The translations under genes and the position numbers were made by a program. A stretch of 64,000 nt of DNA, taken from Endomicrobiales bacterium (GTDB lineage Bacteria; Elusimicrobiota; Endomicrobiia; Endomicrobiales; CAWCFT01). Location: contig CAWCFT010000012.1 in NCBI GenBank assembly GCA_963794945.1, forward strand, positions 32,083 to 96,082. The letters run 5' to 3'. Numbering within the stretch: position 1 is the first letter of the stretch; each line of letters opens with the position of its first letter. This document shows, in pieces, positions 30,606 through 41,201 of this stretch. A model generated the notes under the pieces. It ran no database searches. It was not told the origin of the DNA and saw only the letters and a list, made by a program, of their open reading frames with translations.

Positions 30606-31385
30606 TTGAATGTAAAAACTGTCTATTTTTCAATAAATACACAAATATGCCAAACAGAACCTCTTTTTAATTCAAAAGTAATGCTCGCTGTTGGAACGGT
30701 GTTCACAACGGCGCTGCTTGCTTTTGCTTTTAACGCATATCGCCAAGCCAGCCTTTTCAATAAATCCTTTTTACCTGAGGCCAAAATAGCGGTTTTCATC
30801 GCGCCGGACTGCAAGTCGGCACCAGAAGTTATACTGGAAAAACTCGTCAACCTTGACGGAGTAGAAAAAGCCGATTACATGCCAAAAGAGAAGGTGCTGG
30901 AAAAGGCTCAGTTTGAGAACTCTAAACTAAAGAACGTGATACTGTCCGGAGAAAACCCTTTTTCGCCATACTATATTATCACTCCAAAGACGGTCAGCGT
31001 TTTGTCGGCTCAAAAGCTTAAAGAGAAAGTGGATAGGATCGAAGGCGTTGAAGAGGCGGCATTTGATGATAATCTGTTTTCCGCTATAGAGAAAACAGGT
31101 AAGTTCGCTGACATATATAAGATATGCGGGAAGATAGCCGCAGCGGCCATTCTTCTTATCGTGGCGGCAAAATTCATTTTCAGATGGTTTAATGAAGAAG
31201 CAGATTTTCTCGGCTATCTGTACAACATACTAATAGGGGCCGTTTCGGGAGCTGTAGGGGCAGGGCTGTTCTATCTTATAATTGCGGAACTGGCGAGAAC
31301 GGATGTTCTTCGGATGCCGGCGAAGTACTTCCTGTACCTGACTTTTGGCGGTATTTTGACGGTAATGTTCTGGGAAAACGATTGA
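30606..31385 (+). CDS. ftsX: FtsX-like permease, divergent; start uncertain
   Basis: TM, then a periplasmic domain (GVEKADYMPKEKVL...ENPFSPYYII...IEGVE), then TMs. Lies upstream of an envC-like gene. Confidence 0.6.
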   Translation: MNVKTVYFSINTQICQTEPLFNSKVMLAVGTVFTTALLAFAFNAYRQASLFNKSFLPEAKIAVFIAPDCKSAPEVILEKLVNLDGVEKADYMPKEKVLEKAQFENSKLKNVILSGENPFSPYYIITPKTVSVLSAQKLKEKVDRIEGVEEAAFDDNLFSAIEKTGKFADIYKICGKIAAAAILLIVAAKFIFRWFNEEADFLGYLYNILIGAVSGAVGAGLFYLIIAELARTDVLRMPAKYFLYLTFGGILTVMFWEND

Positions 31386-32517
31386 AATACACGAATATCT
31401 GTGTTCTCATGATCATGTTCATTTCTGCGGCAACTGCGTACCCGACCACCGGTGGGCAGTACAAAAAGGAGATCGAGAGCAGTTCAAAGAGCCTTCAGGA
31501 ACTGCAGAAGAGCATTAAAGAGAAACGAATAGAAAAAGAAAAATGCCTGCTCGATGAAAAATGCATTAGATCAGAGCTTTCAAAAATAGACAGGGAACTC
31601 TCCCGGCTTCAGAAAAAAGGAGAGGCGCTTAAGAAAGAAATAAAAAAATCCGAGAAAATGCTGGTTCAATCAGAAAAAGAGCTTAAGCTCGCGGGTTGGG
31701 AAAAACAACAATGGGTAAACGCGCTTGACCTAGAAGCGAACAAATGGTTCCAGGTTCACCACGGGTACAATACGCTTTTCAAGGACAACATAACCGAGCA
31801 CATGCGTTTTGAGGCGATGCTGCAGAAGAGGTCGTATGTAGGCAACGCTTTAAATAAAGAATCGATGTCCAGACAGGCAATATCGAAATGGCAGACAGCC
31901 GAAGCAAGGCTCGTCGAATTAAAAGCTCAGCAGGAAAAAACGCTTCAGGATGAAGCCGGCGCCAAGGATCAAAAGAAAGCGCTGCTCAACACAACTATAG
32001 GAAAACGAATAGCCGCTGAAAACGAGATAACAAAACTCACTGAAACATCCAAGGCCCTCGAGCAACTGATAATCAAGCTGGAAAAAGAAAGAAAGAAGAC
32101 AGAACTGGAAGCGCAGGAAAAGAAAAAATTTAAAGAAAAGAAGAAGCACCTTCCGTGGCCAGTAGCTGGAGAAATAGTAGTAAAATTCGGTAAGAACAAA
32201 CACCCAGAACCTGGATACGTATATAATATCTAACGGTGTCAAGATTAAGGCCGCCGCTAATTCAGAACGTTAAAGCCGTTAGCCGCGGTGAAGTTCTTTT
32301 TTCGGGGGAATTCAGATCGTACGGGCAGATGATCGTTATAGATCATGGCGGCGGATTTTACACTATATACGGCCAGCTTAGCGAGCTATACGTGCAGGAA
32401 GGCCAGAAAGTTCAGGAAGCGGCGGTTATAGGTAAACTTGGGGCCGATCAACCGATATTGTATTTTGAAGTGCGTTCAGAAAATAAGGTGGAAGACCCTG
32501 AACTTTGGCTAAAATAA
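31382..32517 (+). CDS. envC: Murein hydrolase activator EnvC-like (coiled coil + M23), two +1 indels near 32210 and 32265
   Basis: Signal peptide, long coiled coil, LPWPVAG...FG, YGQMIVIDHGGGFYTIYG and LYFEVR. The M23 zinc ligands are degenerate. Confidence 0.8.
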
Positions 32518-32554
32518 ATAAGTCGATAATTATTAGTGCTGACCTGGAGGAAAA

Positions 32555-33833
32555 ATGAAGGTGTTCAAGAAGATCTCGTTAGTGTTGTTGGTCGCGACTT
32601 TGTCGTTAAGTATCAGCTATTCTGTAAGTACGCCTGTTAAGGCTACGGTAGATAAAACCTACGAACAATTGAAGCTCCTTGTGGACGTCATGGGGCTAAT
32701 ACAGGAAAGTTATGTCGAGCCCAGGGACAGCAAGGTGCTTATAGTCGGCGCTATCCATGGCATGGTAAAAACGCTCGACCCGTTCTCTCAGTTCATGGAG
32801 CCTGAGGCTTATAAGGAAATGAAAACCGAGACCGAAGGCCAGTTCGGCGGGCTTGGTATACGTATATCGGAAAAGAACGACTGGCTGACAGTTATCACAC
32901 CGCTCCCCGGCACTCCGGCTTACAGGATTGGGATACTTCCGGATGATAAGATAGTTAAGATCGAAGGCAAAAGCACCCAGGGCCTTTCAACGGACGACGC
33001 GGTAAAGCAGCTCAGGGGCGCACCTGGGACAAAGGTAAACATAACCATAGCCAGAGAAGGCGAGAAAGAATTGCTAGATTTCAATATTACCCGCGAAGTG
33101 ATCAAGATCGAAACTATACGTTCAAAGATGTTGACTTCCGACATTGGGTATATTCAGCTTACGGAATTTAGCGCGAGCAGCGACAGGGATATGGGTAAGG
33201 CGCTTGAAGACCTTCAGAAGGCCGGCATGAAAGCGCTGGTGCTCGACCTGCGAAATAACCCCGGCGGGCTGCTTGACGTAGCCGTTGACGTATGCAAAGA
33301 GTTCATAGGTGACGGAAAACTTATAGTTTACACGCAAGGCCGCAATCCTGACAGCCGCAGGGAATATTTATCCCCGGGAAAGGCTCCTTATAATAATTTG
33401 GCGATGGTAGTGCTTGTCAACAGGGGGTCAGCTTCCGGGTTCTGAGATCGTAGCAGGCGCGATACAGGACTTAAAGCGCGGGCTTATTATGGGTACTACA
33501 ACTTTTGGCAAGGGGAGCGTGCAGTCGATATTTCCTTTCCCGGATGGCAACGCCTTAAGGCTTACTACGGCGAAATATTACACTCCTTCAGGCCGCAGTA
33601 TACATCGGGACGAAAAGACCGGCAAGGGCGGCATATCGCCGGACATAATCATTGAAGTGCCCAGGGAAACAGAGGCCAAGCTTTATATGCAGTCCGAAGA
33701 AGTGTTCCCTCCCGGGAAAACACCGGAGTCCTCAGTAAAAAAACAGGACAGGGTGGAAGACGTCGTGCTCCAGCGCGCGGTAGAAATATTGAACGCTCGG
33801 GATGTGTTGTCTAAACTCAACGGCGGCAAATAG
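32555..33833 (+). CDS. ctpA: Carboxyl-terminal processing protease (S41, PDZ), +1 frameshift near 33440
   Basis: Motifs [24 protein letters not shown](G)SEIVAG, FGKGSVQ and [11 protein letters not shown]. Confidence 0.9.
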
Positions 33834-33903
33834 CCCTGGGCAAGTCTTCCCAAGTGAGAAAGATAAATATCTTAGCTCAAATGGAGCAATGTTTACGGAA
33901 TAC

Positions 33904-35019
33904 ATGAGCGGTCAAAAAGGCTTCATTAAAATATTTTACATTATCGCTCTTTTCTTTCTGGGAGTCCTTATATGGGGATTTTTCCAGAGTAAAACAGGGA
34001 ATTTGTCAGGATCTTCTGTTGCGCTTGACAGCGAGTTGACGGACGCGCTGACTGGCGCTGGTTTTACCAATTCCGATATTGTCAGCCAGTCGCGAGAAGA
34101 ACGCAGGTCAGGCACATCGGTGTGGGTAGAATACTACCGAGAGCTTAAGCTTAATAACAATGTAAAGCTTTCTGAACTTGAAAACAATGTCCGGCTTCTC
34201 GCCAAAAAGCACAACTATTCGTTCATTAAGTCACACCCTGCAAACGATAAAGTAAGCTATGAGCTGTTTAACGACAAGAAACTATTTTCAAAGATAATTC
34301 TGGATACGCCTAAGCCTGAACCCGAGCCGCGCGCGCAAGCACATGGGTTGAGGATAGCCGTAGTTATCGATGATGTCGGCTACAAAGATAACCTGGGGCC
34401 TTTCCTTGATCTCGGGATACCGTTAACTTTCGCCATCCTGCCCTACGAACATTTTTCAAAACAAATAGCGGCTGAACTTTCAAAAAAGGGCATGCCATAT
34501 ATTCTGCATCTCCCGCTTGAGCCCGAGCAATACCCTAAAGTTGACCCAGGGAAAGCCGCGCTGCTTGTTAAAATGACCAGCCAGGAGATAGAAAAGAAAT
34601 TTCTTTCCGACCTTTCGGCGGTGCCAGGCGTGGTTGGCGTCAACAACCACATGGGTTCGCGCTTCACATCTAATCCGGAAAAGATGAGGGTACTTTTAAA
34701 GCTTATAAAAGATAAGAACCTTTTCTTTTTTGACTCGGCTACCAGCACTGCAACAAAGGGCGGCATGGTTGCGCGGGAGATAGGTATACCGTTCGAAGAG
34801 AACAGCATGTTCGTCGACCTCAAAGATGACCCGGTGTTCATGGATAAACAGTTCAAAGCGGCGCTTAGGAAAATAAAGAGATACGGGCAATGCGCTGTCA
34901 TAGGGCATATACATAAGAAGTACATGCCGGCGGCTTTAAAGTCGGCGATGGCTCTTTATAAAGAGAACGGCGTTCAATTTGTTTATCTTACGGATATCAT
35001 ACCGGCAGCAAAAAAATAG
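33904..35019 (+). CDS. Divergent polysaccharide deacetylase (YibQ-like); start uncertain
   Basis: Motifs AVVIDDVG, LHLPLEP, GVNNHMGS and IGH; follows envC-ctpA. Confidence 0.85.
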   Translation: MSGQKGFIKIFYIIALFFLGVLIWGFFQSKTGNLSGSSVALDSELTDALTGAGFTNSDIVSQSREERRSGTSVWVEYYRELKLNNNVKLSELENNVRLLAKKHNYSFIKSHPANDKVSYELFNDKKLFSKIILDTPKPEPEPRAQAHGLRIAVVIDDVGYKDNLGPFLDLGIPLTFAILPYEHFSKQIAAELSKKGMPYILHLPLEPEQYPKVDPGKAALLVKMTSQEIEKKFLSDLSAVPGVVGVNNHMGSRFTSNPEKMRVLLKLIKDKNLFFFDSATSTATKGGMVAREIGIPFEENSMFVDLKDDPVFMDKQFKAALRKIKRYGQCAVIGHIHKKYMPAALKSAMALYKENGVQFVYLTDIIPAAKK

Positions 35020-35027
35020 TTGTTTAG

Positions 35028-36068
35028 ATGTCGGGAACGGGTAAATTTAAAACAATGCTGATATTCGCGATAGAGACATCTTGTGACGAAACCGCGGCTT
35101 CCGTAGTAAAAGACGGGGATTCGATCCTTTCCAGCGTTATATCTTCACAGATACCGATACACAAAAAATATTCCGGAGTAGTACCGGAACTAGCCGGCAG
35201 GGCCCATATAGAGAACATAAACTCCGTTATGGGCGGTGCCCTAAAAGAAGCCGGAGTGTCTCTTAAGGATTTTTCGAAAAAGGTATCGGCTATATGCTAC
35301 ACCCGGGGGCCGGGCCTCGCGGGCTCGCTTCTTGTGGGGCAGGTAGCCGCGCAGACTCTTTCGCTGGTCACGGGTGTACCAGCGGTCGACGTCAACCACA
35401 TCGAGGGGCACATGTACGCTTGCCTGCTTGAACACCCCGGCCTAAAACTTCCTTATCTAGCCCTCACCGTTTCCGGGGGGCACACAGAACTTACAATAAT
35501 ACAGGATTTTGGCCGATATAAATATTTGGGCGGGACAAGGGACGACGCCGCTGGCGAAGCTTTCGACAAAGTCGCTAAGCTTCTTAAACTCCCTTATCCC
35601 GGCGGGCCGGCCATCGACAAGCTCGCGCGGACCGGAGATCCGGAAAAGATCAATTTTACAAGGCCTTATATGTGGGGAACATGGGACTTTTCGTTCTCCG
35701 GTATAAAAACCGCCGTGGTCAACGAGGTAAGGAAAAATAGCTCGCTGAAGGTTAAGGATATATGCGCCGCTTTCCAGCGAGCTGTCGTTGAAACCATAGT
35801 GAAAAAAACACTGGCTGCCGCGAAACAGTACGGGCTTTCAAGAATAGTTTTAGGCGGCGGTGTAGCGGCGAATTCTGAGCTGCGCAGTGAACTCTCGCGG
35901 GCCGCAAAAAATGATAGCAGGGAAGCATACCTCCCGTCGCCATGGCTCTGTACCGATAATGCCGCTATGATAGCCTGCGCAGGGTACCATAAATTTAAGA
36001 AATTGAAGGGCGCGATAGCGCCATTTAGGGATATCGATCCCGGGCTTACGCTTAGAAACTGGAACTAA
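35028..36068 (+). CDS. tsaD: tRNA N6-adenosine threonylcarbamoyltransferase
   Basis: Motifs IETSCDET, GVVPELA.R.H, GPGL, HIEGH, SGGHT, DDAAGEAFDK and DNAAMIA. Confidence 0.97.
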   Translation: MSGTGKFKTMLIFAIETSCDETAASVVKDGDSILSSVISSQIPIHKKYSGVVPELAGRAHIENINSVMGGALKEAGVSLKDFSKKVSAICYTRGPGLAGSLLVGQVAAQTLSLVTGVPAVDVNHIEGHMYACLLEHPGLKLPYLALTVSGGHTELTIIQDFGRYKYLGGTRDDAAGEAFDKVAKLLKLPYPGGPAIDKLARTGDPEKINFTRPYMWGTWDFSFSGIKTAVVNEVRKNSSLKVKDICAAFQRAVVETIVKKTLAAAKQYGLSRIVLGGGVAANSELRSELSRAAKNDSREAYLPSPWLCTDNAAMIACAGYHKFKKLKGAIAPFRDIDPGLTLRNWN

Positions 36069-36069
36069 A

Positions 36070-37059
36070 ATGCAAATAGGCAACGTAAAACTTTCTAATA
36101 ACCTGATAATGGCCCCTATGGCAGGTGTGACGGACATACCGTTCCGCACGCTTGCAAAAGAAGGCGGGGCGGGGCTTGTCTGCACCGAGATGATCTCGGC
36201 CACGGCGCTTGTTTACGGCGACAAAAAGACAAGAAAGCTTATGGGGATTGCCGCTGCCGAACGGCCGATTAGCGTTCAGATATTTGGTTCAAAACCATCC
36301 CAGATGGGGGAAGCCGCTAAAATAAGTGAAGACGAGGGAGCTGACATAGTGGACATAAATTTCGGCTGTCCTGTTAGAAAGATAGTTAAAACAGGCGCCG
36401 GGTCGAAAGCCGTCGAAAACGAAAAGATCGCGGCGGATATCATGGAAGCCGTAGCGAAGAAGATAAAGGTTCCTGCAACAATAAAAATAAGGATAGGAAG
36501 CACACCGGAGCAAAACATAGCACCCGCAATGGTGCAGCTTGCCGAAAAGTGCGGCATAAAAATGGTCACCGTGCATGCGAGGCCTGTTTCATGGGGGCAC
36601 ACAGGAAAACCTAACCTGTTGGCCGTAAAAGAAGCTGTTTCGGTGGCCAGGATACCGGTAGTGGGCAACGGCGGCATAACGGACGAGCTTTCAGCAAAAG
36701 AATTTATAGAGCAGACAGGATGCAGCGGCCTAATGATCGGGCGCGCGGCTATAGGCGACCCTATGATTTTTAACAGGATCGAGCAATATTTGAAACACGG
36801 CGAGAAACGCCGCGGGGCAACAATGGAGGACAGGCTCGCGTTCCTCAAGAGGCACGCGGTTCTGTCCTGTGCACAATACGGAGAAAAAACGGGCATAATA
36901 ATTCTAAGGAAGGTCGCCTCATATTATCTTAAGGGATTGCCAAATGCTTCGAAGATAAGGGACAGGTTCAACAAGCTGACGAAACTTTCAGAGTTAGACG
37001 CGCTTCTGTTGGGTGTTTGGGAATCGCCATATTTCGCCGAGGCCGTTGATTTTGAATAA
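36070..37059 (+). CDS. dusB: tRNA dihydrouridine synthase B
   Basis: Motifs APMAGVTD, DINFGCP, VHAR, GNGGI and MIGRAA. Confidence 0.92.
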   Translation: MQIGNVKLSNNLIMAPMAGVTDIPFRTLAKEGGAGLVCTEMISATALVYGDKKTRKLMGIAAAERPISVQIFGSKPSQMGEAAKISEDEGADIVDINFGCPVRKIVKTGAGSKAVENEKIAADIMEAVAKKIKVPATIKIRIGSTPEQNIAPAMVQLAEKCGIKMVTVHARPVSWGHTGKPNLLAVKEAVSVARIPVVGNGGITDELSAKEFIEQTGCSGLMIGRAAIGDPMIFNRIEQYLKHGEKRRGATMEDRLAFLKRHAVLSCAQYGEKTGIIILRKVASYYLKGLPNASKIRDRFNKLTKLSELDALLLGVWESPYFAEAVDFE

Positions 37060-37080
37060 TGACAATTGATCGGAGACATT

Positions 37081-37749
37081 ATGAAAGGACATTGCGCTGA
37101 GCCAGGAAGATATTCCAGACAGGGGTTTCCCGAAGCTATATACGGAACGGGAAAAACGCCGGAACAGATAGTATCCATTGCAAAAGAGCTTGCGCGCGGG
37201 ACAGGACCGGTAATAGTCACACGTATTGATGAAAATGTATTCAAAAAGATAAAAAGATGTTTCCCTGGCGCTAAATACAGCAAGGTGGCAAGGCTGGCTG
37301 TAATAAAACAGCTTAAACTCTTAAAGCTGAGCTTAGTCGAGGAACGTTATATTTTTGTGATAACGGCTGGGACTACCGATATCCCGGCGTCCGAAGAAGC
37401 GGCTTTAACGGCAGAAGCTCTTGGCAACAGGGTTGAAAGGATTTACGATGTAGGCGTGGCAGGCGTCCACAGGCTGCTTGCACATGAGGGCAGGCTGAAA
37501 AAAGCTTCTTGCGTGATAGTCTGCGCAGGCATGGAAGGGGCTCTCGCAAGCGTTGTCGGGGGGCTCGCGGGCTGCCCGGTAATTGGTGTGCCGACTTCGG
37601 TCGGCTACGGGGTATCTTTCGGAGGAGTATCGGCGCTAATGTCTATGCTGAACTCCTGCGCGGCGAACGTGTGCACGGTCAATATCGATGACGGTTTCGG
37701 GGCCGGAGTCATCGCGAGCCTTATCAATAAGGGCGGAGAAAAAAAGTGA
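37081..37749 (+). CDS. larB: Nickel pincer cofactor biosynthesis protein LarB
   Basis: Motifs GFPEAIY..GKT, AGTTD....EEA, DVGVAGVHRL, AGMEGAL, PTSVGYG and NIDDGFGAG. Confidence 0.92.
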   Translation: MKGHCAEPGRYSRQGFPEAIYGTGKTPEQIVSIAKELARGTGPVIVTRIDENVFKKIKRCFPGAKYSKVARLAVIKQLKLLKLSLVEERYIFVITAGTTDIPASEEAALTAEALGNRVERIYDVGVAGVHRLLAHEGRLKKASCVIVCAGMEGALASVVGGLAGCPVIGVPTSVGYGVSFGGVSALMSMLNSCAANVCTVNIDDGFGAGVIASLINKGGEKK

Positions 37750-38848
37750 AAATAGCATATTTTAATTGTTCGGCGGGCGTCGCAGGAGACATGATAATAG
37801 CGTCCTGTATCAGCTCGGGACTTTCCGCAGAACTTCTCGAGAAAAACCTAAAAGACAAACTCCATCTCGGGGGCTGGGACCTCGAGGTTACGCAGGTAAC
37901 AAAAAAGCATTTCCCAGCTGTGCATGTTGATGTGGCCGGCAGAATAAAGTTCGGTTCGCCTGAGAAGATGAAAAGCATAATCATTAAAAGCGGCTTAAGC
38001 GAAGCGGTCAAGGCTAGAAGCCTCAAGATAATGGATACGCTTATAAACGCCGAGGCCAAGGTGCATAAGCTTCCTCCCGAAAAGGTACATTTTCACGAAA
38101 TTAATTCGATAGACACGTTAGTCGATATTACAGGGGCTTCACTGGCATTCGATATGTTAGGCATAGGCGAGATATACGCTTCGCCGCTCAACCTCGGCAA
38201 ACCCGCTCCCGCGACGGTGGAAATATTGAAATCGAAAGGCGTACCCGTATACTCATCAAACCCGCGCGTAGAAATGACAACTCCGACAGGCGCGGCCATA
38301 ATGTCAACCGTAGCCAAAGCTTTCGGCCCAATGCCGGAAATGAAAGTAGAGAGTTCAGGCTCCGGCGCCGGCACGTTCGAATTTGAAGATACGGCCAATA
38401 TCCTCGGCATGCTCGCGGGGCCTCAGATAACAAAAGCGCCCCCCGGGACGCTGCAACGCCAACTGACGAGGTAATAGTAGTTGAAACAAATATAGACGAT
38501 ATGGACCCTAGGATATACCCATTCGTGATGGAAAAACTTTTTTCCTGCGGCGCGAAAGATGTATGGTTCAATCAGGTGATTATGAAAAAAGGGCGCCCGG
38601 GAATAATCCTGTCTGTCATATGTTCAAAAGAAGTCCAAAAGAGCGTCACGGATATACTATTCAGAGAAACAACAACATTGGGAATAAGAAGCCACGTATG
38701 CAGCAGGCATGTGTTAAAACGAGACGTCGGAGGCGATAAAAAGACTGCCTATGTGCCCGGAGCGAAGCCTCGCGTAAAGTCGGAATTCGAGAAAGCAAAG
38801 CTTCAGGCCATAAACCAGAAAAAACCTCTTAAAAACATATTAATATAA
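37746..38848 (+). CDS. larC: Nickel pincer cofactor cyclometallase LarC, in two frames (net -1 shift near 38420-38445)
   Basis: First frame has GVAGDM, AEAKVH...VHFHE, PAPAT and TPTGAA. Second frame has ETNIDDM, MKKGRPG and ETTTLGIR. Confidence 0.88.
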
Positions 38849-38925
38849 AAAAGAATGGCAAAATAAACAGTAAATGACTAAAATATCATATGCCGCATTA
38901 ATTTTGCGCACGGAGGGAATTGCAA

Positions 38926-39696
38926 ATGCTTGATTTACTAACGTTATTCGGATTCAGCCTGGGCCTTGGCGCGGTGTATCTTGTGATGTACTGGGGCGGA
39001 ACAAGCCACCTGCTTTGGAACAGGGACGCGGCCGTACTCGTGTTTGGCGGTACCTTCGCATCGATGCTTATATCATCCCAGCTTGAGACCGTCCTCAGGC
39101 TTCCGAGAGCGCTTGTAATAGTTTTATTCAAAAAAAAGACATACGAACCGCAGGAGATAATCGGCATGATGGTGAACTTCGCCGAAAAGGCTCTCAGGAC
39201 CGGTGTGGATTCTCTTGGGGAAGATGTTGAAGGCATAAAAGACAGGTTTCTCGCGGACGGCATCGGCATGGTAATAGATGGTTTAAGTCCGGAAATTGTA
39301 AGGGAGAACCTGCTTAAAGAGATCACATTCATACGTAAGAGGCATTACCACGTAAGCAATGTCATACGCTCGATGGGCACCTACTCACCTATATTTGGAC
39401 TGCTCGCCACATTGCTCGGAGTCGTACAGGTGTTAAAGAGCATAAGCGACCCTAAGAGCCTCGGAACTTCAATGGCTATAGCGGTAACTGGTACGTTCTA
39501 CGGTATCGCGTCCGCTAACTTCCTTTACCTGCCGATAGCCAACAAACTTGACGCCCACACCGATTCAGAACTTCTAGTAAAAGAAGTCATGATCGAAGGT
39601 ATTCTCTCAATCCAGGCCGGGGAAATGCCGATAATCGTAGGCAAAAAACTCAGGGCCTTCCTTGCGCCCCGCTTCAGGAACCAGAAGGAAGCATAA
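38926..39696 (+). CDS. MotA/PomA-type stator A subunit
   Basis: Motifs VFGGTF, FL..GI.MVIDG, P.FGLLATLLG, MAIAVTGTFYG..SAN and PIANKL. Confidence 0.88.
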   Translation: MLDLLTLFGFSLGLGAVYLVMYWGGTSHLLWNRDAAVLVFGGTFASMLISSQLETVLRLPRALVIVLFKKKTYEPQEIIGMMVNFAEKALRTGVDSLGEDVEGIKDRFLADGIGMVIDGLSPEIVRENLLKEITFIRKRHYHVSNVIRSMGTYSPIFGLLATLLGVVQVLKSISDPKSLGTSMAIAVTGTFYGIASANFLYLPIANKLDAHTDSELLVKEVMIEGILSIQAGEMPIIVGKKLRAFLAPRFRNQKEA

Positions 39697-40361
39697 TGGC
39701 GATTTACAGCCGCAGATCTGCGGACGAAAGCAACGAGCCAAGCAAAACCACGAATTTGTGGCTGATCATTTATACGGACATGATCAGCAACTTGATGATA
39801 TTTTTCCTCATGCTTTACTGCCTGACATGGCTTAAACCCGAAGACAAAACGCTAGCCGCTGCGTCATTCAAAGAGGCTTTCGCAGGAGAGAAGAAAGCTG
39901 TTGGAGAAGCCGAAAAGGATATCGAAAAAGGCCTCGACAAGGATAAAAGCGTTGAAGGCAAGCTGAGAGAAGAATTCTCGAACGTTGAGGTCAACGAAAA
40001 AAGAATAACTATAGTCCTGCCGAGCCCTGTCTTGTTCGATTCCGGCAGCGCTGTCCTGAAAGACGAAACGAAAAAGACGATCCACGATTTCGCCGAGATC
40101 ATAAGAAGCCTTAAGAACAAGGTAGTGGCGGAAGGCTATACTGATGATAAACCTATAAACACCGGTCAGTACGCTTCGAACTGGGAATTGTCCTCCGCGA
40201 GAGCTTTCAGCGTTATAAAATACCTTACAGAAGAAGAACACATTGACCCAGGCCGCCTTTCGGCTTTCGGGTACGGTGAGTTCAGACCAAAAGTGCCGAA
40301 CGACACTGAAGAGAACCGTGCAAAGAACAGAAGAATAGAGATAAATATCATAAAGGGCTGA
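39696..40361 (+). CDS. MotB-type stator B subunit 1 (TM + OmpA-like PG-binding domain)
   Basis: WLIIYTDMISNLMIFF with the conserved Asp; VLFDSGSA, EGYTDD, SNWELSSARA and NRRIEI. Confidence 0.88.
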   Translation: MAIYSRRSADESNEPSKTTNLWLIIYTDMISNLMIFFLMLYCLTWLKPEDKTLAAASFKEAFAGEKKAVGEAEKDIEKGLDKDKSVEGKLREEFSNVEVNEKRITIVLPSPVLFDSGSAVLKDETKKTIHDFAEIIRSLKNKVVAEGYTDDKPINTGQYASNWELSSARAFSVIKYLTEEEHIDPGRLSAFGYGEFRPKVPNDTEENRAKNRRIEINIIKG

Positions 40362-40365
40362 AATA

Positions 40366-41077
40366 ATGGGTATTTATAATTCCAGCAACGGCAGGGCTAT
40401 AGATCACAGGGTAAAAAGGATAGACACGTCCGAACTGTGGATCGTACCGTACGCAGAACTTCATGACAGTGCTTATGATATTGTTCCTTATATTATTCGT
40501 GTTCGCGTATACTTCTAAACAGGACAAGCGGTACAACCAGATAATGGTGGCTATACAATCGGAAATGGGGGGAACGATCAAAAAAGACGTCCTCGATCAG
40601 ATGAAAGACACGGAACGGACGGAGCAAACCGTATTGAAATTCGACGAAATGCTTGAGAATCAGAACCTGACGAAATACGTTTCGGTGAGCTATGATACTG
40701 AGCAGATAAAGATCGTTATGAAAAACCCCGTCCTGTTCGATATCGGTCAAGTGGGGCTCAGGAAGGAATCCGAAGCGATATTGCATGAAATGGCAAGCAT
40801 TCTTAAGCTTACGGATAACGAAGTTGTTGTGGAAGGGCATACCGACAATATTCCCGTGGTTGGCTCGGGCAAGTACAAGTCTAACTGGGAGATTTCCCAG
40901 AGCAGGGCCATCGAAGTCATAAGGTATTTTACCAATGTAGAAGGGCTTAACCCCAAAAGGTTCGGCGCCGCGGGTTACGGTGAATTTAAACCGGTTTTCC
41001 CGAACGATACGCCTGATCACAGAAGCCAGAACAGAAGGATTGAGATAGACGTATTAAGGGGAAAAGCAACAGAGTAA
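40366..41077 (+). CDS. MotB-type stator B subunit 2 (+1 indel near 40455)
   Basis: ATG at 40366 gives ...LWIVPYA; removing one base continues (D/N)FMTVLMILFLILF. Also EGHTDN, SNWEISQSRA and NRRIEI. Confidence 0.82.
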
Positions 41078-41144
41078 TATACTACGTTACTTGCAGACTA
41101 CGATTACCGCGCATCCAGCCCGCATTAAATAATTCCAAAAAGAC

Positions 41145-41172
41145 TTGAAATATCAGAATAATCTGTTATATT
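41145..41172 (+). promoter_or_regulatory. Possible sigma70-type promoter for the coiled-coil gene
   Basis: TTGAAA-16nt-TATATT with an extended -10 TG. Confidence 0.4.
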
Positions 41173-41201
41173 TATCATACAAGCCCCAATTGGAGCGAAA
41201 A

